64,000 nucleotides of DNA from Octopus bimaculoides (GCF_001194135.2 NC_068992.1:65608529-65672528), one strand, 5' to 3'. Numbered from the stretch's first letter, positions 24,461 to 37,960 are shown. Notes: generated by a model not told the origin, from the sequence alone. Translations and numbers: made by a program.

Positions 24461-24945
24461 AATCTGGAAAGACATTTAAAGATCATATCCACCCATTCCT
24501 TTCACAAAGTCAATGCAAAAAAAATAAATCTAACATTCATAAATGTTAAAGATTTTTCTAGAATAAGACACTGTTGATCGATAAGCACAGCGAATTTGTC
24601 TCATTTCTTTTCAAGTCCCATCTTTCAGACATGCATATCAATTGATTTTTTGGTCGTATAGAAGCCCTAAATTCCAATATTCTTGATTTTAGAGAAAATT
24701 CGATTATTATTTTTATTAATATATTTGTGTTTTTTTTTCTGTTTTGGGGATTAAATGGAAACTTCTGTATATAACTGCGTTTATAAAATATAAAATAAAA
24801 CTGACTTCAATACAGAGAATGATGAATATATAATAACGGAAACATTATAATGATATCTTAGTAAAAGTGATAATTAACAACTTAATATAATTAGTATTAA
24901 TACAGTATACTTGTCACCTGATAGGTGTACTTGTAATAATTTCTT

Positions 24946-25017
24946 TAAATGCATCATATTTAGTTTAATGTTATTTAGATAAATGCATCATATTTAGTTT
25001 AATGTTATTTAGATAAA
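24946..25017 (+). repeat. Perfect 33-bp tandem duplication
   Basis: taaatgcatcatatttagtttaatgttatttaga repeated twice, followed by taaat. Confidence 0.9.
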
Positions 25018-25051
25018 TAAGGTATGGTAGCTATACACTTTTCGTTTCAAA

Positions 25052-25270
25052 TTTTGGCACAAAGCCAGCAATTTCGAAGAAGATGTTTATATCGATTACA
25101 TTGAGCCCAATGTTCAACAGGTACTTATCCCACTGCTCAAATGGCACTTATTCTAACGAGCTCCAAAGGATGAAAGGCAAAGTCGACCTCGGCGAGATTT
25201 GAACACAGAACATACAGACGGACGAAATGCCGCTAAGAATTTGTCCGACCTGGCTAAGGATTCTGCCAGT
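25052..25270 (-). mobile_element. SINE family B (Nin/Deu-type), near full length with internal insertion
   Basis: ggatgaaaggcaaagtcgacctcggcgagatttgaacacagaac...ggacgaaatgccgctaag...attctgccag. Confidence 0.85.
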
Positions 25271-25345
25271 GTTACTCTGTCATATTGATAAAAGTTTCAA
25301 AGTTACACTAGAAATAACACGCACACACATGCACGCACGCACACG

Positions 25346-25392
<47 letters not shown>

Positions 25393-25910
25393 ACTCACAC
25401 ACAAATATAGTTTAATAATCGGAAAAGTTGCAGAATGATTCAAGGGCCGAGACTGTTGTGTGTTGAGTCACCCTGTAACTTCAAATGATTATAAATAAAA
25501 ATATGTTGTGTTCTCTTTTCCTGTTCACATCGCCAAAGNNNNNNNNNNNNNNNNNNNNNNNNNNNNNNNNNNNNNNNNNNNNNNNNNNNNNNNNNNNNNN
25601 NNNNNNNNNNNNNNNNNNNNNTATATATATATATATGCATCTATGTGTATTTACAAATATGTGAGCGTATATGTGTGTGTGAAAGAGAGAAAGAGATAGA
25701 CAGATAGAGAGAGAGAGAATATAAAGTGTACATAACGTGATTTCATGCTCTGAATTGTGTGGTTGTAGAATCATATTTTTTTTAAAACTTCCTTTCATCC
25801 TTCTTTGGTCGATGAAAGAGAACTTGGTCAGGCCCTGCAGTCGATGTAACCAAGTACGTCCTTTGGAAATACTGCGTGATATGGTACTTCTTTAAAACTC
25901 ATTAGTTTAG

Positions 25911-25987
25911 AAACATAATTACAACGGTGAAGTTGAAGAGAAGCCAGACTGTCTGACTGAATATGATTATCAATAAATATTTCTGCT
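25911..25987 (+). repeat. 77-bp dispersed direct repeat, copy 1 (copy 2 at 31438-31514)
   Basis: aaacataa.taca.cggtgaagttgaagagaag.cagactgtctgactgaatatga.tatcaataaatatttctgct; 4 differences between copies. Confidence 0.95.
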
Positions 25988-26185
25988 CTTGAACTCTCTG
26001 AGTTCAGATTCTGCCCACATCATTCTCAATATATAAGTGGTATCATAAATACAACTTATGAACTACATTGATTATATTCTTATCAAAAGACTTTAACTTG
26101 TCTATCACTACAGAAATCAAAGTAATTTACAAAATATTTGGATGAGTAAGGTTATAAACTATACTGGAATATATGCACATTCGCT

Positions 26186-26231
<46 letters not shown>

Positions 26232-26504
26232 NNNNNNNNNNNNNNNNNNNNNNNNNNNNNNNNNNNNNNNNNNNNNNNNNNNNNNNNNNNNNNNNNNNNN
26301 NNNNNNNNNNNNNNNNNNNNNNNNNNNNNNNNNNNNNNNNNNNNNNNNNNNNNNNNNNNNNNNNNNNNNNNNNNNNNNNNNNNNNNNNNNNNNNNNNNNN
26401 NNNNNNNNNNNNNNNNNNNNNNNNNNNNNNNNNNNNNNNNNNNNNNNNNNNNNNNNNNNNNNNNNNNNNNNNNNNNNNNNNNNNNNNNNNNNNNNNNNNN
26501 NNNN

Positions 26505-26564
<60 letters not shown>

Positions 26565-26674
26565 GGTGTTGAAACCATAATGATATCCGTGGGACAGCTG
26601 ATGATGAAGGCATGTTAGATTGTTGGTATGGCTGTTTTTGTTTATGTGGCATAGTATTATTGGATTGTTGATAC

Positions 26675-26776
26675 GATTGTGTCTTGGAGAATTCTCGAAC
26701 CTAGGCTACTAACCCCAAGATTCTGAGTTCGATTCCCGTCAGTGACCTGAATAATAATAACAACAACAACAACAAC

Positions 26777-26843
<67 letters not shown>

Positions 26844-27025
26844 TCGAAAAATACCTTAGATATGAGAACCCAGGTTCGAAATTTCCCCAAGAAACCTGAT
26901 GAAGGCTGGAGGGTATATCAGCCGAAACGTGTTAACAACAAACAAGATGAGGACAAATATCCGTCAATTGTAAATAATGTAAATAATGTACATAATTCCT
27001 CATCTCTTAAATATAGGACTGCCTA
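26675..27025 (+). mobile_element. SINE-like family F: tRNA-type head, (AAT/AAC)n linker and Penelope-like 3' region with hammerhead motif
   Basis: B box GAGTTCGATTCC at ~26724-26735, (aat)n expansion, then CTGATGA-A-GGCTG...CAGCC-GAAACGT and a tail with the tandem gtaaataat duplication. Confidence 0.65.
26893..26933 (+). ncRNA. Minimal hammerhead-like motif, cleavage-site nucleotide apparently deleted
   Basis: aac-CTGATGA-A-GGCTG-gagggtatat-CAGCC-GAAA-CGT-gtt: canonical cores, 5-bp stem II, stem I aac/gtt, but no H17 nucleotide between GU and stem I. Confidence 0.6.
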
Positions 27026-27420
27026 CATTCCTGTAGCCAAGTAAAATATCTATCACATGTGAAACTTGAGTGTCTGTGTACGTTAGAGTCGATTAAGATG
27101 TCACTCACAATAACTAACAAACGAACTGAACCTTGTGCATTGATCCGGCATAAAAGTACCCTAAATGGTACTCGAGGTCGTTTTTAACGGAGGAGAAACA
27201 TCTCCTAGATGCTATTTTAAACATGTTCAAAGGAGTAAATGAACTTTTATTTGTAATGTACGAAATTATAAACGTGCTCTTAGCAGTAACGACGTCTTAA
27301 ATGTATGATACCCATTACGGGATATCAACTTAATGAGCCTCTGACAACTGGAAGGGATACGCACTGTCATGTATATACGGTTTTGCGAGCGTGTGTGTAT
27401 GTGAGTGTGTGTGTGTATGT

Positions 27421-27481
<61 letters not shown>

Positions 27482-27635
27482 AGAAAGAGCTAGTGTATGT
27501 CCGTGCATCTCAGTGCATTTACGTCTTTCGATCTATGGAGGATTTCAATTTAGATATTTTGGTGGAGAGAAACAAGAAAACTTAATTATAAAAAAGAAAG
27601 TACTTATTGCTGGAGTACGCACGCACACCTATTGC

Positions 27636-27693
<58 letters not shown>

Positions 27694-28330
27694 TGATCTG
27701 CACATATACGTAGCAATACATATCTGTATATATATCTGTATATGCATATATGTAAATAAATTAGCGTATATATAAATAAACATAAATATTTGTAAAAACA
27801 CATTTCTGCATATATATATTTTTGCATATACATGCATATATGTATACACGTATACAATAATGTATATATATATATATAGAGAGAGATATATAATTATATA
27901 TATTTACATATATAGAGTTACATGTGTGTATATATATTTATACCAAGGAGGAAAATACAGAAGATGAGATGCAAACGGTTTAGAAAAAGAAAAAAAAACT
28001 GCCTTAGAATCTGAAAAAAATATTTCCAGATTGCCCTTCATCTCATCTCTAAGACGGTATATATGGAAGCACTTATGTAGCATTGCTGCATCTTACCAAT
28101 AATTCTACAGACACTGAAATCGATCGATTATTCATATATTTAATAATTTATTTCTTTTGCTTCTTCTGAAATGCAGCTGCAACCGTAGAAGATTAAAAGA
28201 TGCTGAACGTGGTACAACATTCTGCTCCAAGACATTATCACCAATTCATAGCTTCTCTTTATGATTTTGGCATGAAGATTTTAAAATTCTTTTTTTTTTT
28301 CTCTTTTCCCCCTCTGCCTACTCCTCTTCT

Positions 28331-28364
<34 letters not shown>

Positions 28365-29035
28365 CTTCTTCTTCTTCTTCTTCTTCTTCTTCTTCTTCTT
28401 CTTCTTCTTCTTCTACGTCGACGTCGTCGTCGTTGTAGTTCAGAAATTCTTCATCGTCTCATATTTTGTACTTCCTTTTTTTCCCTTCTTTCTTTCTTCC
28501 CTTTTCTTCCTTTCTTTATTTCTTTCCTTTCTTCTGTCTTCCTTTTTTTTTCTACACTTATTAATTGCCATTCAGCCGTTCAGATACAGTTAAGGGGTGA
28601 GTTATTGGGTGTTTTCTGTTTTAGTGGGATCAGCGTGGGTTAGGGTCGGTGGGTCTTGTGTGGGCCTGCTGTTTGCACTCAGTAATACAGCACCATTTCA
28701 TTACAGTGCCGGTTTATCTCTCAGATGTTTTTCAATCCAACAAATTAGTTTCTTTTCTCTCTTTTACTTCTGGTGACTTGATTCTTTTTTCAATCCATTT
28801 GTGACATTATATACATATATGTAGCTATATATAATACATGCATATATACATATATTCATGCATGTGTACATTCATATATATCATATATATATATATATAT
28901 AAAATATATTTTTGCATTTGAATAAATATATGTAGTTTTATATTTATAATGTACATATGCTTCTCAGTTCATATATGTATTTAAAGACATGTATGTACAT
29001 GTATTCCTCCATATGTGCCTTTGTGTGTGTGTGTG

Positions 29036-29079
<44 letters not shown>

Positions 29080-30208
29080 AATACTTGAATCAAAGATCAA
29101 GGAAGTTTGAAACCCAACGATAATTCAATATACATATGCACACATACATACACATAAATATACACGCAAACATATATGCATTATATTTTATATATATATA
29201 TATGTGTGTGTGTGTATTACAAACACACACACATACACAGCTCTATGTTCGACTTTGATGTATTTTTAATAGCAATTTTCATATTTCCTCATTAATACTT
29301 TATGTTCAATTTGGAACACTATCCTTCCTAAATCCATTATTCCATCAACTTCATGAAGCTCTCTCATTTCCATTCTCAGAATGAAATTATTACAAACTGG
29401 CATTTTTCCCGCGATTTTTGTTGAAATCGGAAACTAAGAGTCTCGGTAAATTTTCTTTCTTTTTTACCGAGGCAAAAATTTTAAAAAAATTACTGTGGTT
29501 AAACCCGGTAGCTTTCGTTGTTAATTTTGTGTTTATTTTCGATGTGGGTTGTATATGTGTGTCTTCTTTCTTTGTTGATTTTGGTGTCAATTAGTAAAGC
29601 TTTCATTCATGTGGAACTCTATATAGAATTACTGTTATTTGGGGTTATTGTTTCTGTTTCGATTTTTGTTGCATGTGCTCTATTGTAAGAATGTAGCTGT
29701 TTGTGCAAATATGGTCCGGTGAAACAATATTCAAAATATATCAACACCTAAAAATATGAGTTCGTTCAAATACCAAAAATAGAATTCTTGCTTAAAATCA
29801 AACAGACATACCGAAACGAAAGAAAACCAGAAAAACAAACATGATTTAGTGAAACCTGTCTTTCAGCTTAAATATCTGAACGATAATAGCATTTGCATCC
29901 AATATAGATTGAACTCTCTAAGAACTCTTTCATTTGCACCTTCGAGGCTCTAGGCCACATGTATGCTGTATACACCTTATACCTCTTATATCATTACAAC
30001 ATGTTTCTGCTCCTTAGAGATTGATAATAAACCTTACACCTCCTGCCTGTCCCTTTTCCTGTGAAATCCCTAGCTGACCGCATTTTCTAATATTTGCTCC
30101 CCTGGGTTTCTTTTCTCACCCAAGTGCCTTTCTTTGGTCTGTTTTTGCCCACCGACAAACATCATATCCATCATTTTGAACATTATTGGAAGACTTGAAC
30201 ATTATTGG

Positions 30209-30293
30209 AAGTCGCACTTGGGGGGATTTGAACTCAAAACGTAAAGACGGACGAAATGCTGCCCAGCGTGCTAACGATTCTGCCAGCTCCCCA
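30209..30293 (-). mobile_element. SINE family B 5' head fragment
   Basis: atttgaactcaaaacgtaaagacggacgaaatgctgcccagcgtgctaacgattctgccagctc. Confidence 0.8.
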
Positions 30294-30380
30294 AACACTT
30301 GTTAATATTCATGTGGTAATGTTCTAATATTCATGTAGTAATATTCTCTAACGCTTTCGCCACATGTAATTTTTGTATTA

Positions 30381-30753
30381 TACACTTTTACTCTTTTACT
30401 TGTTTCAGTCATTAAACTACGGCCATGCTGGGGCACCGGCATGAATAATGTTTGTCAAACGAATCGATCCCAGCACTTTTATGTTAAGACCGGTTCTTAT
30501 TTTATCGGTTCCTTTTGCCGAATCCCTAAGTTACAGCGACATATACACACCAAAACCAGTTGTCGGACGGTGGTGGGGGACAAACACTGACACACATAGA
30601 CACATACACATATATTCGATGGGCTTCTTTCAGTTTCCCGCTACTAAGTTCACTCTCAAGGTTTGGGTCGGCCTAAAACCACAGTAGCAAGCATTCGCCT
30701 AAAGTGCTCACAGTGGGACTGAACCTGGAACCATGTGGTTTGGAAATAAACTT
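30381..30753 (-). mobile_element. Near full-length SINE family A
   Basis: Runs from the tail (tactcttttacttgtttcagtca) through the body to the tRNA head (cacagtgggactgaacctggaaccatgtggtt; B box on the minus strand). Confidence 0.9.
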
Positions 30754-31437
30754 ATTTTTAATGAATTTCAACTAATTCAGCCATCAATAATAATCCCTAG
30801 TATGTTTCTGTCGGGTAATGTAATCTAGGCTAATCGTGTTCACCGTACCATTCACTATCCTCGCATCATTTGTAAACAGGAACCGCAAAGGAGACTCACG
30901 TCGTGGATAAACAAGATAACATTTAACAAGCGAAAATTATTTAAATCCGCAAGAGCATGGCGCCATGTTGGATATAATTAAAGAAATAGGAACACGAACA
31001 AAAGGAAGTCATTGAAGCTATTAGAGGACATATTAATTGCAATCCTTGGCGTAAATAAATAACAGATAGGTTGTTGTTTTCTTGTTTAATCCCAAATGAA
31101 CTTTAATCATGTAGATTTATGATTAAGCTGGTGACTACCGACCTTATTGAAGACTGAATAGCAGAGAATATATTATTTATTGTCTTTTCTTTTTCATAAG
31201 ACGGTTGGTTGTAATTTGAAGCAGATGTGCTTGCTATTTCTAGCAAGTGAATTGGCTTCGTATAGTTTTGTAGAGTAAATCATTTTGTACGGTTTGTGCT
31301 AAATTCGAGATCAGCTGTTCTCGTAGTTACCTTAACCTCAATCCTGGTAACAATGTTAGCAATTAGAACAAAAGCTTCCTCACAAAATAAATTAGCGATA
31401 TTTTGACGTTGTACTGTTTTATTTATCATTATTTTGC

Positions 31438-31514
31438 AAACATAACTACAGCGGTGAAGTTGAAGAGAAGACAGACTGTCTGACTGAATATGAATATCAA
31501 TAAATATTTCTGCT
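31438..31514 (+). repeat. 77-bp dispersed direct repeat, copy 2
   Basis: Matches 25911-25987 with 4 substitutions. Confidence 0.95.
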
Positions 31515-31794
31515 TATGTATTCTTTTACTGACTTTTAAACGTCACAAACACCTATGTGTTGTTCATTATAATGAGGGCATAGACACAAAAGTGTGGCGA
31601 TTGTGGAACGGTCGGGGGTCGAAGGTGTAAGGAAATCTTCGCGAGGAGAATTGATTAGAAAGGGAATTGTCAGTAGCCAAGCGTAAGACACAGTGACTAC
31701 TAAGATGTACCAAGTACTAGCAAGTAATAGAGTTACTAATAAATAGCAATGTGCTAACAAGTACTAGTAATATTAGCAAGTAGCAATGTTACTA

Positions 31795-31999
31795 TTAGGT
31801 TTGTGCATAAATTATTGCGGCTTTTTTTCTAGAAATTTTATTCAACAAAAAATTTTAACAAAACGTCAAGCAAAAATTGAAGTAGATGGTGATTATGCTT
31901 CGGAATAATCATTTAAAGATGTTTTTGTTAAATGTTGTTATTGTTTTTGTTGAATAAAATTTATTGAAAAAGACCCGCAATAATTATGCACCAACCTAA
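31795..31999. mobile_element. Mariner-derived MITE, 205 bp, TA target-site duplication
   Basis: TA-ttaggtttgtgcataaattattgcgg ... ccgcaataattatgcaccaacctaa-TA. TIRs resemble the Hsmar1/MADE1 type (TTAGGTTGGTGCAAAAGTAATTGCGG); internal IEVDGDY resembles a transposase C-terminus. Confidence 0.85.
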
Positions 32000-32288
32000 T
32001 ATCAATCGTATGACTCTGACCAAATAGAAACGTTAGCATGCCGGGCAAATTTTCGCTGAGATTTTGCCTTGAATCTTTTGGGGGTGGGTCAACTAAATAA
32101 AAACCAGTTAATTACGGNNNNNNNNNNNNNNNNNNNNNNNNNNNNNNNNNNNNNNNNNNNNNNNNNNNNNNNNNNNNNNNNNNNNNNNNNNNNNNNNNNN
32201 NNNNNNNNNNNNNNNNNNNNNNNNNNNNNNNNNNNNNNNNNNNNNNNNNNNNNNNNNNNNNNNNNNNNNNNNNNNNNNNNNNNNNNNN

Positions 32289-32390
32289 TTCGGAATAATC
32301 ATTTAAAGATGTTTTTGTTAAATGTTGTTATTGTTTTTGTTGAATAAAATTTATTGAAAAAGACCCGCAATAATTATGCACCAACCCAAT
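32289..32390. mobile_element. Second, partial copy of the same mariner MITE (right half) after a gap
   Basis: Essentially identical to ~31900-32001 except cccaata vs cctaata; the downstream flank differs. Confidence 0.8.
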
Positions 32391-32689
32391 ACTTTTTTAT
32401 ATTTCTTTTTGCAAACCTCAAGAAATGTCTGACGAAAAACTGAAGAAACTTGAATTTTAAGAAAGAGAAAAAAAGTAAGACATTTTTTTTTTTAAGACAG
32501 AAGCTAAGTGTAAAAAATGGAAAGAAATGGAGAGAGAATAAAAGAGTGGAATCTTCTCAAATAATTCTTTGAGAATTTTCTGGAAGAGAATCTTGTGGGA
32601 ATTGAAAGTAATCTAAGAAATTAGAATGGTTTCTGTGACATGATTGGTTTCATATCTGCTGTGGTGAATAGTCTTCAACTGATCCCCTT

Positions 32690-33330
32690 CAGCGCTGTCA
32701 ATGGAGATGATGGCAAGGGCGGTGGTGTTGATGGCGGTGTTTGAGTGTTGGTGGTGAGTCGGTGGCGGAGGCGGTGGTGGTGGTGTCGGGTATGGTGGCG
32801 GTGGAATTGGCCGAGAGTGCTGATTGTGTCGGTGTTGGGCGTTGGTGGCGGTGATGCAAATGATTGCAGTGGTGGTGGTTGGGATGGTTTTGGGAATGTA
32901 ATGGTGCTGGTGCTGGTCGTTGTCGTCATGATTGGGGTGGTGAGGGTGATGATGATGAGGATGGTGTTGGTGATGGTCTTGGTGGCAGTCATGCTGAGGG
33001 TGGTTGCGGTGGTTGTGCTGCCAATGGTTGTGGTGATGGTGATGATAGTGTTGGCAATGGTGATGGTAGCGGCGTTGGCGGTGGCGGTGATGCAAATTGT
33101 GATTGCGGTGGTGTGGGTGGTGATGGTATCGGCTGAGGTAGCAAAGATAGTGTTTGTTGTAGTAGCGGTGGTTGTACGAGTGGTTTCGATATTTTGGTGG
33201 TGTTGATGGTGGTGTCGTCGACGGTGGCAATGTCTGGTTGAGGTGCTAGTGGTGGTGATACTGATGATGTTGGTTGTATTTTTGGCGGTGTTGGAATTGG
33301 TAAAACTGGTGGTGGTGGTGGTGGTGGGTT
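32690..33330. repeat. Degenerate (GGT/GAT/GTT)n low-complexity tract
   Basis: Mosaic of ggtggt/gatgat/gttgtt. ORFs occur in several frames on both strands, all compositionally biased. Confidence 0.9.
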
Positions 33331-33450
33331 TAGTAATTGAAGTAGTGGTATGTTTGATTTTCAGGAATGCATCAAGTGAAAGTCAGGTGTTAGCCACTCC
33401 ACTCCAAGTAATGTTAGAGTTCATGGCACTGCCAAAAGATGGTGGTAGTG

Positions 33451-33526
<76 letters not shown>

Positions 33527-34675
33527 GTTGATGGTAGAAGAAAATTGTGAACCAAAACTGAGGTATAGAACGTATGTGGATTGCTTGTGTGATTTTATGT
33601 ATATGTATATGAATATACGTATATATATATATATGTGTGTAATACACACACACACACTGAGTAGAGTGAGATAATGAAAAAGTGGGATTGAAAGAAGGAA
33701 AGACCAACGCAATAGGACGGGACAGATGCACAATAAAAACTAATAAGTTGACATTAGAAGCCGTTGATAGTTGATTATGAAGATCTGGATGTTGACTCTC
33801 CTCTGAATAAAGATGGAGGATGGAAACAGCTAAAGAAAGAAAGAAGAGAATGAAAAATATAAATGAGTTAGTCTAAATGAACCTACAGGTGCTCATTGAT
33901 TTGTACGGCAGCCGTTGAATGACCGGAGGTAGTGGGTCGGGCAAGGTTTAGGTTTGAGAACAAGAGAGTAAATTAGAGCCTTGTGAATTGTCTATTTGCG
34001 TGTGTTAGTGTGTGTATTCGCGAGTGTTACCCAAAGTAATTTTGTCGCCTTCCACTTCAACAAAATTTTCAGTTCTACCAGGAACGAGAATTTGGGTAAG
34101 TTGTCCTTCTACCTGTTTCATGCATCTAGAATCTCTTTGACTGGGATTATCTCTGATCTCCTAGACTTGAAGGCTTTTCTGGTGGTTTATATAGCATAGT
34201 TATAACAAACTTAAACTTTCGATTGAAATAATATTATTTTAACAATAATTCGATCTTTGCCTTTCTGACGTCACTTTGTAATTAATTATTTACATTAATC
34301 ATTTTATTTAGTAACATATTGATCGTCAACGGATTAATATGTTGGTATAGGTTCGATCTCATTGTGGACAAGTGTATTCTCGAATAATCACGCGTTCCAC
34401 TCTGGACTTGTAACAGAAACAAGAGAGCCGGAAACTGTAGAGAAGCCTGCCGCCTTGCCTGTACCTGCTTTTGGATTTTAGAATTAATTCTTCACCTCGT
34501 TTAATATCACAACCACCCGGACCTTGGGTCCCTTATGCGGAATCTATTTTGTTGTAAACATCCAGATTAGATCTCCGTAATTTTTCCTCCTTCCCTCAAC
34601 CAGTCTTCGATATTCTCCAAACATCAGAAACGCCCTACTTCTCTCTCAGTCCTTGTCATTATATCTTCTTTGATC

Positions 34676-34810
34676 CGCCAAGGTCGACTTTGCTTTCATC
34701 CTCTCGAGGACGATAAATTAAATTAAGTACCTATTGCGTACAGGGGTCGATCATATCGACTGGCCCCCTTCCCCAAAATTTCGGGCTCTGTGCCTGTAGT
34801 AGAAAAGATT
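34676..34810 (+). mobile_element. SINE family B, 3' two-thirds
   Basis: ccgccaaggtcgactttgctttcatcctctcgaggacgataaatt...aagtacc...gggtcgatcatatcgac...ctgtgcctgtagtagaaaagatt. Confidence 0.85.
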
Positions 34811-37800
34811 TTATCTTCTTTGATTTATTTCACTAATTACAATTATACACAATATATTCAAATGTATTCTGTTACAGAATTGAACATTTAAGATTTTACT
34901 GGATCAATAAATCATAAAGCGTGTCTTATGATTAAGCAGTTTGACTGAATTCTGTCCTTATCTTAATCTTAACATCCTATTTAGAAGAACATTAAAATTT
35001 CAACGATTTCATCTTCAGAACTAGCAACACGACCAATTGTTATGAAAACTATTCTGTCTGTTTCTTTTCCGTCTTTTTCGTTTTTTCGTTTTTTTCTTTC
35101 CAAGTCATTAAATAGTTATTGTTTGAAAGAAGGTGAGTGAAAATTCTTCAATTTAACGCATTTTTGTTTATTGGTTCACACTAACCCCAAATCTCGTACA
35201 AGTTAACATTTCATTGATACAAATTAACATTCGCACTGCAGTAACTCTTTCCCCCCCCCCTCCGTTCACTCTCTTTCTCTCTCTCCGTTCACTCTCTTTC
35301 TCTCTCTTTCTTTCTCCTCTCTCTCATTCCCTCCCCTCAGATTTCATACATAAAAGCAATGACGTAATACAGTTTTTGCTCTCCCAACGGTAATAAACGT
35401 TTTTCAAACTTGGTTATAAAATTAATCGACGTTTTGGTTTACACAGAGACTAAAACCTAAACTAGTACAAATAATAAACAAATTAAATGAGGAATAAACA
35501 AACGAAAGCTTTAAAAGTTGCAATAACAACCACCACGATGAAGAAAGACGACAAGTAAAATTTGCCAGATTGTTCTTTGGAAAAAAAATAATACCACTAC
35601 GTGATTTTCCATTTTCTAATGTTTCCGTCACATCATTGCCTCTTCCTATTCCTGGACCCTATCCACGCAGCCACTGTAATCCTTCTCTTCAGAATAACTG
35701 ACATTTATCTCTAAAATATAAACAACAGAATTCTTTCTAAATTTCCTCATTATATATTATCATTTCTCTAGAAAATAATTTACTTGTCTGAAATAAGATT
35801 TTTTTTTTTTTTACTAAGAAAAGAAAAAACTATTCAACTATTGCATTAGAAATTCATTTGTAATTTATTTTTTATAATCTTTTGTCTATCTAAATTATAT
35901 TATTCTATACTTAGACAGAATTGATTATTATAAAAAATATTATTAATCGAAGTCAGAATAAAGAATATTTTGGTAAGAAATAAACCAATTTTAATCAAGA
36001 TATCTTTTTGTATTTGTGTATTGTTTTCTAAGAACGAATGTCCTCGATTTCAGATGAAATGACATGAGATGCAGAGGTGATCATATTTTTACTGACTACA
36101 TTAACAGGGTTTCGTATTTGTGGGGTTTAATACGTTAGTGAAAGTAAGAAAAGCAGGAAGAATGTCATTAAACATTATTCAGGGCAAAGTGTAGCCAATG
36201 GGAAAATGCTATCATCAGGTGGAATGCTTAACCTTAAAATTTTTCATCAGGGCAAGCGCCCTTAAATGCATCGAGAAACCGGTGGCGTTGTTAAAAATGT
36301 CAACGGATTAAAACTCTCTCCCACGTATAAGCATGACAGCGCCGAATGACGGGGTTTCTATGCAGTTTCTGTCGATCAAATTTCCTTTCCAACTCAATGG
36401 TTAACTGACGCTATTGTTGATTACACTTATCTAAGTCTTGCACAGTGGATTCGAAAACGAAATCACATAGCTGTGGAGAGAACTTCTTAACCAGAAAGCC
36501 ATTCATAGTTTGAGCTAAACTGTATTTACGTGAGAATCGAAACCAGTATGTAAGCTTTACATGCTGAAATACTATCTTTTGTTTTCATAGAACGCTCACC
36601 GTTTTTGCATATAAAAAATGTGCATTTTGATATTTTTGTTGTAGTCTAATCTCAGGTGGTGGTGGTGGTGAATTCGACTTTATGTGAAACTAAACGATTC
36701 ATCGATCCCCAACTTTCGGTTCAAATCACAACGATGTACATTCATGAAAATATATAAATAGTTGTAGGCATTGTTGTGAGGAAAGAAATTTGCTTACCAA
36801 CCACATGGTATCGCTCACGGCGGCGTTGCAGAGAATAGAGCTTCAGCTGTTTAAGTCGAGCCCAATAACCAAGTACCATCATGCCATTTATTTATTTATA
36901 TGTTTTTGTGATTCACAACATGTAAACATATTTCATCTTATAAACCATTCTAAAGCTGCGTGAACCAACAAAAGTCTGTATACTACAAAAAGGAATCAAA
37001 CTTAATGTTTTAAAGAGGGTTTGTCTTTAAAAGACAACGAATTGGGTTTTGAGTAAATCTTGTAATAGACATCTGGAATTTCTCACTTAGCTTCACGGCA
37101 CACTGACATATTCTAACTTAGAAACATTTCTACATCGAAATCAATCAACGAACATCTTTGTTTCAAAATAAAAACAAAACTTCTTAAAACAAGAGTCGCC
37201 ATATTTAGAAGAGAAAAAACAAACAAACGAAAATTTATTTGTTCATTTACAATTCTATCACACTTTTCGTACTCTTTTAATACAAACACACACGCACACA
37301 CACATGCATCAACATATAGACGTATGTGGATATAGATGTGGGTATGAATGCATGTATGTGAATATATATATATACACATACACACACACATATATATATA
37401 CACACACAAACACACACACACCATATATATATGTATATGTATATGTAGGTATGTGTGTATGTATGTACGCATGCACTTTTATCTGTGTGTGTGTATATGT
37501 ATATATATATATGATTATACATATAAATGCACACACACACACACAACATTTTTCCTTGTAAATTTCGGCTGTTTTTTTTATATTGGTTCGCATATTTTTT
37601 TTGTTTTTATGTTGTTTACTTTATTGCCAAATTGTGAGGCTGACTATTTCTCCAAAAATATTTATAATCACCAATATAGGAGAAAAAACGTTTTATCATA
37701 AAAAAAATATCTCACTTTTCCATTTTAGTCACACTTTCTCGCCTTTTCTCAATTTTGCTTTCTAAATTTTTACTCCAAATTTTTAGCTACATATTCAAAT

Positions 37801-37960
37801 GTATATGTGCATGCATGTATGTACATATTTTTTACAATCGCCGACATACACATATATATACATACTCACACGCATACACACATGGACACACACGCATGTA
37901 TACAGAGAGAAAGAGAGATAGAGAAAGAGAAAGTGATAGACATAGAGACAGACAGTTAGT

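Noticed and set aside
28689-28712. cagcaccatttcattacagtg resembles miR-29
   Set aside because: Only partial identity, and no upstream arm pairs well enough to form a precursor.
32613-33230. 205-aa His/Pro-rich ORF and overlapping Gly/Val-rich ORFs
   Set aside because: Open in several frames on both strands because of degenerate trinucleotide repeats; no domain or splice evidence.
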